In this document: positions 39,201 through 50,141 of the stretch, piece after piece | Layout: every line of letters starts with the position of its first letter | Position numbering within the stretch: the first letter of the stretch is position 1 | Origin: Macrostomum lignano | Taxonomy: Eukaryota | Assembly (NCBI GenBank): GCA_002269645.1 | Contig: NIVC01000740.1 | Location: forward strand, 62,001-126,000 | Direction: 5' to 3' | DNA: 64,000 nucleotides | Position numbers and translations under genes: made by a program | The notes under the pieces: model-generated | Databases searched by the model: none | The model's input: the letters and a program-made list of their open reading frames with translations, nothing else | Told to the model about the DNA's origin: nothing

Positions 39201-39684
39201 GCTGCCAACTGACCTGCCTCATCTGGCCAACGATCCCCGGCTTCGAGGCCAATTAGCGGCGCCTTTGAAGTCGCCAGAAGCTGGCGCTAAAAATGCTCAG
39301 AGATTTTCTTCGGCCACTTCGCCAACTGGCCAGCAGCAGCAGCAACAGGAGCAGAAAAACTCGGGTGCCCCCCCGCTGCCAGAGGCTCTGCTTCACCCGC
39401 CTTCGTCATCAAGTTTAGCCTCGCTGCCAGCGCCAACAGCTGGAAAGCTGTCTTCGAAATCCGCCAAGCTGCAGTTGAACGAGCGCTCAGCTGCCCTGGT
39501 TGATGAGGCTTCAACAGTGCCGGCCTCTGCGGCCTCCGCCGCCGGTGCCCCGTCTGCCGCCTCTGCCTCCGCATCGGACGGTCGCGGCGGTCTGGAGAAT
39601 CGGTCCTACATCAACGATCCCCGATTTCGTAGAAAGAAACGACAACAACAGCAGCAGCAGTCAGCAGCAGCGGCTGACTCGTGA
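29596..39684 (+). CDS. ZC3H4: CCCH zinc-finger protein ZC3H4/ZC3H6 (Su(s))-like; exons 29596-29955, 30028-30711, 30918-31154, 33686-33770, 33957-34083, 34695-34925, 35812-36412, 38007-38129, 38992-39684 (~1046 aa)
   Basis: N-terminal EEGEISDD. Three tandem CCCH fingers (CKYYMEGRCGK|SDNCPFSHD..KREVCKFY..CLYMHDDFPCKFYH..CKFSHDPLT) match the ZC3H4/6 pattern. Pro/Gln-rich middle region and C-terminal DPR motifs. All splice phases are compatible. ZC3H4 versus ZC3H6 cannot be resolved. Confidence 0.85.
33086..33300 (+). mobile_element. tRNA-derived SINE
   Basis: A-box TAGCCTGGTGG (33092-33102) and B-box GGCTCGATTCC (33141-33151). The body motif TGAGGGCCAACCCCCAAGGCACAG..TGTACATGCCT is shared with 37380-37510 and 49020-49090. 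Confidence 0.65.
35114..35790. repeat. 44-bp minisatellite (~15 near-identical copies), intronic
   Basis: AACTCGATCC at 35401 and 35445. Confidence 0.97.
36525..37382. repeat. 19-bp minisatellite (CACCCACCTCACTCCCCTG), intronic
   Basis: Period of 19 read directly. Confidence 0.95.
37380..37510 (+). mobile_element. Second SINE copy (5' end lost in the 19-bp array)
   Basis: B-box-like CGGTTCACTCC followed by GGCCATCCCCAAAGCACAG..TGTACATGCCTGACGAT..AAAGTCGGGGCCGCTGTGC, which aligns with 33221-33290. Confidence 0.55.
38238..38905. repeat. 20-bp minisatellite (TAG(A/G)AA(C/T)CCCATTCCCACAT), intronic
   Basis: Direct reading. Confidence 0.95.
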
Positions 39685-39882
39685 ACTAAAAATTAGCATT
39701 GATTTTGTTTGAATTTGTTGTCAATGTTTTCCAAATTAACTATTCATTTTTGTTGACTGCGCGGCAGAGATAGATATTTAAATTTGCTCTGCAATCTGAA
39801 TTCTAATGATGAGATTTAAATGTTTACTTAGCACTGCACGGTGCGATTACTGCAGTTACTTGGCTAATCTTAACGGTGAGAT

Positions 39883-40295
39883 TTCTAGGCTTCACTTTAG
39901 TATCTCAAGGGTGAGCATTCTAGGCTTCACTTTAGTATCTCAAGGGTGAGCATTCTAGGCTTCACTTTAGTATCTCAAGGGTGAGCATTCTAGGCTTCAC
40001 TTTAGTATCTCAAGGGTGAGCATTCTAGGCTTCACTTTAGTATCTCAAGGGTGAGATTCCTTGGCTTCACTTTAGTATCTCAAGGGTGAGCATTCTAGGC
40101 TTCACTTTAGTATCTCAAGGGTGAGATTCCTTGGCTTCACTTTAGGATCTCAAGGGTGAGCATTCTAGGCTTCACTTTAGTATCTCAAGGGTCAGATTCC
40201 TTGGCTTCACTTTAGTATCTCAAGGGTGAGCATTCTAGGCTTCACTTTAGTATCTCAAGGTTGGGATTTCTAGGCTTCACTTTAGTATCTCAAGA
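39883..40295. repeat. 35-bp tandem repeat (~12 copies)
   Basis: TATCTCAAGG at 39901 and 39936; no spacers. Confidence 0.95.
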
Positions 40296-40856
40296 ATTAT
40301 ATTATAGTATTTAGTTTGGTATCTCAAGGTTGAGGTTTGTAAGACTCAATCTATTATCACCTTGGTAAATATTTCAAGATTAACAAAATAATTTGAACGC
40401 TAGACCAGTAGCAATAAACTTTTACATTCCTATGTACCCTAAACTCGTCTCACCTGGTCATTCTGTGTACAAAAGCAAAACCGTGAGCAAACCTCAGTCT
40501 GCCCAGGGCACCGTGTACCTGCTCATCAATACGCTCGTATATCATCTCTATTCCTCCTCTGCATTGAACATGCATGCATCAAATTGCGCTCACTAGCAAA
40601 TGTACGACCCTGTCCATACTGTCTGAAAAGTGGCACATATTTGCATTTTTATTTATACACGAATTGAATTTAACTAAGAGTATTGAAATTAAATTAAATT
40701 AAATACCGTGTTTCATTGTGCGCTTGCTCTGCAAAACCCTCTACACGTGTGTTGTTGAAGTGTGAAAATAAAATCCTGCTACTGTTAAAACAAATTTGAA
40801 AAATTTCTCCTTTTAGCTCGCAGTTTATTTCTTGTGCTCTTTTAGAAATGCGTGAG

Positions 40857-40933
<77 letters not shown>

Positions 40934-40958
40934 CATCTATCTATCTATCTATCTATCC

Positions 40959-40989
<31 letters not shown>

Positions 40990-41010
40990 CATCTATCTAT
41001 CTATCAATCA

Positions 41011-41041
<31 letters not shown>

Positions 41042-41162
41042 CATCTATCTATCTATCTATTTATCTATCTATCCATCTATCTATCTATCTATCTATCTAT
41101 CAATCTATCTATCTATCTATCTATCTATCCATCTATCTATCTATCTATTTATCTATCTATCC

Positions 41163-41261
<99 letters not shown>

Positions 41262-41286
41262 CATCTATCTATCTATCTATCTATCC

Positions 41287-41333
<47 letters not shown>

Positions 41334-41390
41334 CATCCATCTATCTATCTATCTATCCATCTATCTATCTATCTATTTATCTATCTATCC

Positions 41391-41469
<79 letters not shown>

Positions 41470-41470
41470 C

Positions 41471-41506
<36 letters not shown>

Positions 41507-41530
41507 GATCATCTATCTATCATAATCTAT
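40857..41530. repeat. (ATCT)n microsatellite
   Basis: Direct reading. Confidence 0.98.
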
Positions 41531-41876
41531 CTGACTTTCCAAGGTGCTTTCCATCTAATTCCAATTCCGATTTTCAGCACTGCCCCCAGTTGTCGCCTGT
41601 GATTAAAAAGCTTAGGCAAGGATTCAACCATGCAAGCTCGCTAATTAGTTGCACCAAAATATGCCCCTTATTCTTGCATCTTATTCGTATGAAGTGTCAC
41701 ACCTGATGCGCGCGAACTGCATACCAAATTAGGAAATTCCACATGGCAGTGGGGCATGCTCTTAAACTGTGTAGTTTTTAACTGGATTAAAATAGACATG
41801 ATATTTCCTTGATGAAAGCATACACAATTTGAGCAATAGAAATGGGCGATGGCTAAAAAAGTACACCGATTCCCAT

Positions 41877-42895
41877 AGTTGCTGGGCCGGCTTCCAAGAT
41901 CCTCAGCTGCTGGGCCAGCCTCCCATATCCTCAGTTGCTGAGCCAGCCTCCCAGATCCTCAGTTGCTGGGCCAGCCTCCCAGATCCTCAGTTTCTGGGCC
42001 AGCCTCCCAGATCCTCAGCTGCTGGGCCAGCCTCCCAGATCCTCAGTTGCTGGGCCAGCCTCCCAGATCCTCAGTTGCTGGGCCAGCCTCCCAGATCCTC
42101 AGTTGCTGGGCCAGCCTCCCAGATCCTCAGTTGCTGGGCCAGCTTCCCAGATCCTCAGTGGCTGGGCCAGCCTCCCAGATCCTCAGTTGCTGGGCCAGCC
42201 TCCCAGAGTGTCAGTTGCTGAGCCAGCCTCCCAGATTCTCAGTTGCTGAGAGCCAGCCTCCCAGATTCTCAGTTGCTGGGCCAGCCTCCCAGATTCTCAG
42301 TTGCTGGGCCAGCCTCCCAGATTCTCAGTTGCTGGGCCAGCCTCCCAGATCCTCAGTTGCTGGGCCAGCCTCCCAGATCCTCAGTTGCTGGGCCAGCTTC
42401 CCAGATCCTCAGTTGCTGGGCCAGCCTCCCAGATCCTCAGCTGCTGGGCCAGCCTCCCAGAGTGTCAGTTGCTGAGCCAGCCTCCCAGATTCTCAGTTGC
42501 TGAGAGCCAGCCTCCCAGATTCTCAGTTGCTGGGCCAGCCTCCCAGATTCTCAGTTGCTGGGCCAGCTTCCCAGATTCTCAGTTGCTGGGCCAGCCTCCC
42601 AGATCCTCAGTTGCTGGGCCAGCCTCCCAGATCCTCAGTTGCTGGGCCAGCTTCCCAGATCCTCAGTGGCTGGGCCAGCCTCCCAGATCCTCAGTTGCTG
42701 GGCCAGCCTCCCAGAGTGTCAGTTGCTGAGCCAGCCTCCCAGATTCTCAGTTGCTGAGAGCCAGCCTCCCAGATTCTCAGTTGCTGGGCCAGCCTCCCAG
42801 ATTCTCAGTTGCTGGGCCAGCCTCCCAGATTCTCAGTTGCTGGGCCAGCCTCCCAGATTCTCAGTTGCTAGGCCAGCAGCCTCCCAGATCCTCAT
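41877..42895. repeat. 28-bp minisatellite (CCTCCCAGATCCTCAGTTGCTGGGCCAG) with a ~254-bp higher-order block
   Basis: AGCCTCCC at 42001 and 42029. The variant block GAGTGTC..GCTGAGAGCC recurs near 42207, 42461 and 42715. Confidence 0.95.
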
Positions 42896-43564
42896 GCAGG
42901 AGTACATTCGGTGACCCTGCACTGTCTGCACAGCTGGGAATTTTCTTAATTTTATGGGGCATAAAACTCAATGTCGTGTTCTCATGCATGCTTATCTCAC
43001 GTATTCAGGCTCTCTCGCGGTGCATGCAGAGTGAGCTGGTGCCCCACAGCATCTTCTCTATCAGCTGGGTCTTCCCGGATCTGGAAGGACTGGCTAGAAA
43101 ATTATAAGCCTCGATGAAACATTCATAGCAGAGTTATTAACTTTACAGGACGAATTTTTAACTATTTATAGCTTCAATATCTATAGCACAAGCCTGCAGA
43201 AAATTGAACTTCGGAGATCTGCTCCATTTGATTGCTCGCGTTTTAGCTCTTGAGCGGCTGATCCTTTTAAATCTAGCCCGTACATGAACACGTCAGCGAT
43301 TATTGTATAATCACTTACTCGTACAGTAATCAACTCGAACATTGACTTAAAATGACAAAGATAATTAGATCAGAAAGGCAATATCTGCTGCTGTGTGATT
43401 ATATAGAGTGACTAGAAAGTATGCAGAGTGATCGTGGAGTGACCAGGATGCCCGGAGTGATAGTTTAGAGTGACTAGCGTGTCCTAATTACTATAATATA
43501 GTGTCTAGGACACAGCTACTAGAGGGACTAATGAGTAGCTAGAATACTGGAGTGACCACGGATA

Positions 43565-44430
43565 GAAAAGAGTGCGTAGAGAGTTATTAGAGTGACTAGA
43601 GAGTAACTAGAGAGCGACTAGAGAGTGGCTAGACTGACTAGAGAGTGGCTAGACTGACTAGAAGGTGGCCAGAGAGACTATAGAGAGTGACTAGAGAGAG
43701 TGAGTAAAGGAGTAACTAGAGAGTAACTAGAGAGTAACTAGAGAGTGACTAGAGTGACTAGAGTAACTAGAGAGTAACTAGAGAGTAACTAGAGAGTAAC
43801 TAGAGAGGGACTAGAGTGACTAGAGTGACTAGAGTGACTAGAGAGTGACTAGAGTGGCTAGAGGGAGTGACTAAGAGAGCAACTAGTGAGTGACTAGAGA
43901 GAGGGACTAGAGAGAGGGACTATAGGGACTAGAGAGGGACTATAGTGACTAGAGAGGGACTATAGTGACTAGAGGGACTATAGTGACTAGAGAGAGGGAC
44001 TAGAGTGACTATAGAAAGTGACTACAGAGAGAGTGACTAGAGAGTAACTAGAGAGTGACTAGAGAGTGGCTAGACTGACTAGAGAGTGGCTAGACTGACT
44101 AGAAGGTGGCCAGAGAGACTATAGAGAGTGACTAGAGAGAGTGAGTAAAGGAGTAACTAGAGAGTAACTAGAGAGTAACTAGAGTGACTAGAGTGACTAG
44201 AGTGACTAGAGTAACTAGAGAGTAACTAGAGAGTAACTAGAGAGGGACTAGAGTGACTAGAGAGGGACTATAGTGACTAGAGAGGGACTATAGTGACTAG
44301 AGGGACTATAGTGACTAGAGAGAGGGACTATAGTGACTAGAGAGGGACTATAGTGACTAGAGTGACTAGAGTGACTAGAAAATGACTAGTGTGGCTAAAG
44401 TGACTGAAGAGTGACTGCAGTGGCTAGAGA
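43565..44430. repeat. GAGTGACTAGA-type short-unit satellite with a ~441-bp internal duplication
   Basis: The block GAGAGTGGCTAGACTGACTA..GAAGGTGGCC occurs at 43621 and 44062. Confidence 0.9.
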
Positions 44431-45586
44431 GTGACTGCAGTGATAAGAGTGATCGCCTATTGAATGACTAAGCTAAAAGCTAAAGTTCATTCACAGCAAG
44501 GCAATCCAGTTAACTTGGCCAACTAGAATTTATTATTGAAAATAGTTTCTTCAGGATAACTTAGGCGTCCTAACGAATTAAATATACTTTAATTTTCATA
44601 GAATAAATTAAATTTTGCATTGTCTAGGTGATTAGTAGATCAATTCAAGTTGGATAATAAAATAATTAAGATGCTTTGAATCTACTCCTCCAGTGCTCAG
44701 AGGAATAAACATCTTCTTTTCCGATTGAGCCTCCGTTTTGTGCCCATAGCTAGCCGACCAATCAGACGGGACGACCTATAGGAACTGGCTGAAGAAGACT
44801 TTTCTAATACCAAGGAACTAAGTCTCAACAGTTTTTTTAGCTATACGCATTGCTGCTACCCAGGACGGTAAGCATCTTCTGCTGCAACTGAAACCCGCTG
44901 CCATTCTGCCTTTGCATAAGCCTTCTTGCCGTTCTGGTTACATGTAAGTCCAACAAGTTTACCTGTATGTATTTATTAAATTTACTGCATTTATTGAATT
45001 TGTTACGTGCTTATATTCATCATCATTAGTAACTGCCTTTGCCATCCAAAGTTTCTTGTAAAGCCAACCACGTTTGGGAATTCCCATTTGGCAGCAGTAG
45101 ATTTGGTCTTGACCATAGACATAGCTGGGCCAGTTAATAATTCGGCCATAGACATTAGCACAAAAAGGGCTTGCCAGCAGCAACCTCTCTCTCCCAGTTT
45201 TCAAAACTGTTTGTAAACTTAAGAGCTGGTAGAAAGCATGCTTAAAAATCGACCTCGCTTTTTCTGTCTATGTTTATGTCTATGGGCAAGACCCAATCTA
45301 CTGCAGCCAAATGGGAATTCTAGCTCAACTTGGTTGGCTTGACTATCAACCTGGCTCGCAAAAGCAGTATAGAATATTTAATCAACTTTGCCTGTTCGCC
45401 TTGCCTATGTCCCTAGTGTTAAGCTCGCGGAGATTATTGGTAGCGTTAACTCCGCTACCATAGACAAACTTAAAATTGATAGTAAAACAAGAACACGTAT
45501 ATTTATTGAACGTTAAAACGGCAAACAAGCGTTTAGTCAGTTATAGTTGTTTTAGTTCGTTAGTCTACAACTTTTTATTGCTATCA

Positions 45587-46939
45587 CTATTGCATCTTGT
45601 TTGTCGGGGAACTGAAATTGATCGTGGTTGGCCCGTAGAAGTTTAGTACAGGGGCGGACCATTGTTGACTTAGAGCCAAAGCCTGCGGTCCGGAAATATT
45701 GGAGTTGCCGTTGGCAATTGCTGTTTCAACCTCACTCACGCCGCTCGTTTTGGCTGCGGCAGTGGGCTCTCCATATAGTACTGCCGACATGTTCTTCTCT
45801 GACTTACGGACGTCGATGTAGGACCTGTCAGCCTTTTCGGTAATCCTTCCAGTCTTCTGGCTTGCTATTTCCTTACTGATGCCGCCTTCCACCAACCTAG
45901 TCTTGCAGGTCCGACGCAGACTACTGTTCGTGATAGGTCCGGTCGTACTGCCGGCTTCAATCTGCTTGCCAGAGAACAGATTCTTCACGACGTTTTCAAT
46001 CGTATGCACACCCATTGGTTGACTACGATACCATATATCAGATGTCGGCGCCTTGATCGGTGTCAGATAGAACGCAGAGTGACCCTTGAGTCCGAATTGC
46101 TCCGGCCGGTGACGAACGTAGGTCTTATACATCGTGATGACACATTTGTCTGGGTCGCCATTCGAATAGATCCTGGTTGTTTTCGGCTCAACGTGTGCCT
46201 TGTGCAAACCAACTCTCCCGTTCTTCGACATTCGCTCGGTGTACACCAGACATTCAGTGTCATTTTCCTTGACGAGCACAAGCTGCGATCGCTCACCGAA
46301 TTCTAACGCGCGATGTTCAGCACTCGCTCTGAGCGATGGGTGCAGACCTAAGTGGTACAGCAGGGTAGTCACCAGCTGCGTCGGATTAGACATTCCGAAA
46401 CGTCCCTCTGCCCAGAGTTGCACTTCTTCGTCTAGGCCGATTACCCTCGCTCGCTTTGGTGTAAGATGAAAACCTGATTTGGCACTCAATTTCATGGCGG
46501 CGTCGATGCACTGCCTGGTTAGGACGAACTCGTTGTCCTTGAAGATGGACCAATCATGCAGAAACTTTGTTTGTAGGTGGAACTGGATACTGGCGACAAA
46601 ACCTTTGATCGTGGCAGGCGGGTACATATCTCCGTTGTCCTTGCGCAGTTCAAGCAGAAAGCACTGCAGCACGTAGTCCCATTCCTTCTTGCTCCACTCG
46701 AACATATCCTTCACAACTTTCAACTGAGCAGTTTGGCGCACTCGCCAGTCAGTATACCAAGCGCACAGTTTATTCCAATTGCTACGAACCTTTGTGGCCG
46801 TTGTTTTTGGAATTCGCGAGTCTCTAAATTCGGCAAGCCGGACGTTAACGTTGGTGCTAGTGCTTTGCACTGTAGACGCTTCTTCATTGGTAATCGTTCG
46901 CATCACTTCCATTACACCGTCAGCGGTTAGCTCCTCCAT
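45587..46939 (-). CDS. Crypton-type tyrosine recombinase / DUF3504 protein (450 aa, intronless)
   Basis: LELRKDNGDMYPPATI, SIFKDNEF, GLDEEVQLW, LRASAEH, VYTERMSKN..GL, DKCVITMYKTY..RP, AFYLTP, WY..QPMGVHTI, ITNSSLR, TG..SY follow the CryptonA/DUF3504 motif order. Confidence 0.85.
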   Translation of the reverse strand: MEELTADGVMEVMRTITNEEASTVQSTSTNVNVRLAEFRDSRIPKTTATKVRSNWNKLCAWYTDWRVRQTAQLKVVKDMFEWSKKEWDYVLQCFLLELRKDNGDMYPPATIKGFVASIQFHLQTKFLHDWSIFKDNEFVLTRQCIDAAMKLSAKSGFHLTPKRARVIGLDEEVQLWAEGRFGMSNPTQLVTTLLYHLGLHPSLRASAEHRALEFGERSQLVLVKENDTECLVYTERMSKNGRVGLHKAHVEPKTTRIYSNGDPDKCVITMYKTYVRHRPEQFGLKGHSAFYLTPIKAPTSDIWYRSQPMGVHTIENVVKNLFSGKQIEAGSTTGPITNSSLRRTCKTRLVEGGISKEIASQKTGRITEKADRSYIDVRKSEKNMSAVLYGEPTAAAKTSGVSEVETAIANGNSNISGPQALALSQQWSAPVLNFYGPTTINFSSPTNKMQ

Positions 46940-48345
46940 TTTGGTAAAATTTGTGGCTTGTTTATTTCACAGCTTGCTTCTCTCTTCCTAAACCATCAGT
47001 CCTCTTTGATTTAGACTTAGTATTTTACCATAGACAATACAGGGAGCGGAGATTTAAATCTCCGCCGGAGATTAACTCGTGCTAAATATAGATTGCCTCG
47101 AGGCTTACAGGCTGTTGATTAAATTAAAATAACTCTATAAGCCGCTACTCTATAGAGATACTCTATAAGCCGCTGCTGATAGAGTATCTCCTCGTTTCAG
47201 TGGTTTATTACTCCTGAGTAATTTTGCGTGTACTTTTTATCACTTTTTTCTCTCAGCAGCATGCACCTGTAGTAGAACTTCACGCGTCTCTGGGTTTAAA
47301 GGTATCGAATAGACTGTTTCTATAACCATCATGGAACTGCGAGCTCTGGCTTTCATGTTTTAGCACGTTTCATTTCAAACGGACCTGCATTGTAGTATAG
47401 TTCCGTCTTTGGTTGACCAACCCAAACCCTAAGCCAGTCATACACAGAGCCTAGACAGCAATCAGTTATTACTTATAATAAAATCGTTAAGCCTGAGACC
47501 TGCTGCTTGCAAATCGTGGAGATTAGTATTTTTTCGACTCATCTATAACAGCCATACGAAGCGAAGTAATAGAAGTTTGGTTATTTGGCTCCGAGAAAAT
47601 AAACAAATCACTTGACTTTCCTGCGCTAGCAGCAGGGACTCTTTGATCCCAGGGCATTTGTCATTCTCGGTAGGTCTTCTTTAACTTCCCTCTCCCTTCA
47701 TCCTTTGACTGTCGATTTTCCAATCTATTCACAGTCGAGTTTCAGCCGCAAACTCGCTCCCAGAAATTCAAGGGGCATGCATAGGGTAAGGGATTTCGTT
47801 GGGGTTCAGTAAGGAAGACAGATCGAACACGTTCGAAAGGGATCTTTCTATTTATAGTCACACTGATCTGAGACATGTCGCCTCTCTCTGAACCTTAGAT
47901 ACTGTAAGGCACAAAGAAATTTGAAGTGCTCTTCTTCTGGCTGGCAACTAGTTTTGGCTTTACTTATTATTGCGTAAAATTTTCTGTAGAGCTTGTCTAA
48001 AGGTCTAAATGTCTAAATGTTTGTCCAAAGGTTTGATCCTGCCCACATCGAACGCTGCTAGAAATGATTTGGTCGTATAATCTGCGTACTAATTAGCTAG
48101 TCTTTGTCTAACAACTGAAGTTGCCTGATTTGATAGCGTTGCAAACGAGCCTTAAGTTGCTCTGAAGTTTGTTTTATTTCACAGTATATCCATCCATGTG
48201 CTTGTGTGTGTTCAGGGATCAGGGGAATGAGTATGATTACCTTGTACCTGCCTCCTCACTGGCTGTGGGCCTATTGGTGCCTGAATTCGTGATGCTCAGA
48301 GCCGGTTGAAACTAGCAACCATATCAAAATTACCATTTACTCGTA

Positions 48346-50141
48346 ATGTACATGAGAAATTTTCACTATCTGGCAGACTCAAGAATGGTTCTTCCGCTGC
48401 AAGAAGACGAGCAGTCACTGTACGACAACTACGCCGAATTCCGAGCTCACAAGTGGCTTCTGGTGATTGTCAGCCCATTGCTACTGCTACTTGGCACCTG
48501 CGGAAACATCCTCAGCACCTGGGGTCTCTACAACGGCAGGAAAACGTCCAGCACCTTTGTGTACCTGATCGTGATCGGCGTAGCCGACCAGGTCACCCTG
48601 ATAACCGGTCTCGGCAGGCGGTGGGTCAACAATGTCACCGGCCTGCAGCTGGAAGGAGTTCACGTGGTAGCCTGCGCGGCGACTCATTTTGTGCTCACTT
48701 TTGCGTCCTGCATGTCGGTATTCTGCTTAGCAACCGTTGCTGTGGAACGTTTTGCTATTGTTTGGCCGTGCAAGCGGTTGCAACGAGCGATCGGACAGAC
48801 GAGGCGATGCGTACCGCTGCTGCTGATGATCTGCGTGTTGCTGAACCTGCACTGGATGCTGGTGCTCGACTTGGTGCCGTTGAGTCAGCTTCGAGGCTCG
48901 CAGGACCCGGCTGATGCTGCAAACGAGACGGTGTTTCTGTGCGATATGAGGCCGAGATTTCAAGGATTTAAGCCGCTGCTGGCCTGGTGAGATGAGACTC
49001 GGAACTAGGCTTTCACAGATGAGGGCACATGAGGGCAACCCCCAAGGCACAGAGGCTGTAAACTGCCTGATAATGAGAGAGTCAGGGTCGTTCTAACACC
49101 GTCTGTCGTTGAAAACCCTTCACTTGCCAGGTACGACTTCCTCCTGTACTCGCTGAGCCCGCTCTGCGTGCTGCTAGCCTGCAACTGCGTCATCCTGAAG
49201 CGGCTCCATTCGACTCGTAGATTTCTCGGCGATGCCGCGGCAGCCGCCGCCACGGCCGAGGACGCCGCCGGATCGCCAGAAGCCGCTGCCGCTGCAGCCG
49301 CCGCCGCTGAGTCGTTCCGTATGACCAGCCAGCGTCGTCGAACCACAGTCGGGGCGGTCAGGGTCGACAACAGGCGATTAATGACCCGCCAGAGCGTGGG
49401 TCAGAACTGCAGTCGGAGGCTGCTGACGACGGAGACAAAGCGTCGGGAGCAGTGGTTCCTAGAAGCGGCCAGACGCAGTCGCAGCATTCGCCAGGTGACC
49501 GTAATGCTGCTTCTCGTGTCGTTTTTTTTCTTGGCCACTTCTCTGCCAATCACCGTGCTGAAGGTGTTGATCTCGTTGATGGGCGAACGGCTGAGCGGGG
49601 CCTCCCAGGAGACCTACGTCCGGTTCCGACTGGTAAGAGTTGCGTTACTCTAGCTTCTGTCCAACAATCAATTTGTTGAACTCCTTAATGTAGTCAGGAT
49701 TTTATTTTTTCCTTGGCATTTACGTTAGTTGGTCATGGTTTAGCAACTTGTTCTTTGTCCAAAAAATAGCTAGGCATTTTTCGTGGGTCGTAATACAAAA
49801 AGGACTTCAAGGCAGCTTCTACCATCGTACATATATACAACTTTTCGCTCGAATCTCAAGGTCGTCTTAACGAGAACAATTCAGAAACTTGAAAGAAAAG
49901 TTACGAACGTATTGAAACGGAAGATAACCTCAGTACATTATTCAGTAGTTTTCGCATTGTAACCAGGCGATTTGTCATCCTAAATCGATCGTTATTCTCC
50001 AAGGTGGAGACGAGCGCCAAGCTGCTGATGTACACCAACCACTCGGCCAATTTCTACCTCTATTGCCTCGTTGGCCGGCGTTTCCGTCGGGTTCTTCACG
50101 CCAAACTTCACCGACTGGCCAACCGGCTGAGGATTGTCTGA
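48346..50141 (+). CDS. Class A (rhodopsin-like) peptide GPCR, FMRFamide-receptor-like; exons 48346-48986, 49131-49632, 50004-50141 (~426 aa)
   Basis: Seven hydrophobic segments. TM1 GTCGNIL, TM2 IGVADQ, TM3 VAVERF, TM5 W|YDFLLYSLSP, TM6 FFLATSLP, TM7 TNHSANFYLY, helix 8 RRFRRVL. Splice phases (2,0) fit. The start codon is uncertain. Confidence 0.88.
49020..49090 (+). mobile_element. SINE body fragment in GPCR intron 1
   Basis: TGAGGGCAACCCCCAAGGCACAG is shared with 33222-33245. Confidence 0.5.

Larger units (their letters stand above)
40454..43093 (-). pseudogene. Possible small-GTPase/P-loop-like gene relic; exons 43093-43001, 42933-41867 (contains the 28-bp array), 40622-40454
   Basis: Phase-consistent GT-AG exons give SPSRSGKTQLIEKMLWG...*IPVQTVQGHRMYSCMRIWEA(A)G...D|SMDRVVHLL...*...LRFAHGFAFVH. 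These resemble G1, G3 and beta4 motifs of Ras-like GTPases. There are two in-frame TGA codons. Confidence 0.35.

Noticed and set aside
39883-40295. 35-bp repeat array resembling CRISPR
   Set aside because: Head-to-tail tandem repeat without spacers.
40848-42914. Many + strand ORFs (SIYL repeats; GQPPRSS repeats)
   Set aside because: Translations of the ATCT microsatellite and the 28-bp minisatellite.
1013-43010. In-frame TGAs as selenocysteine or a variant genetic code
   Set aside because: TGA is the normal terminator of YIPF6, the ZC3H4-like gene and the GPCR here. No SECIS was recognised, and indel or pseudogene explanations are simpler.
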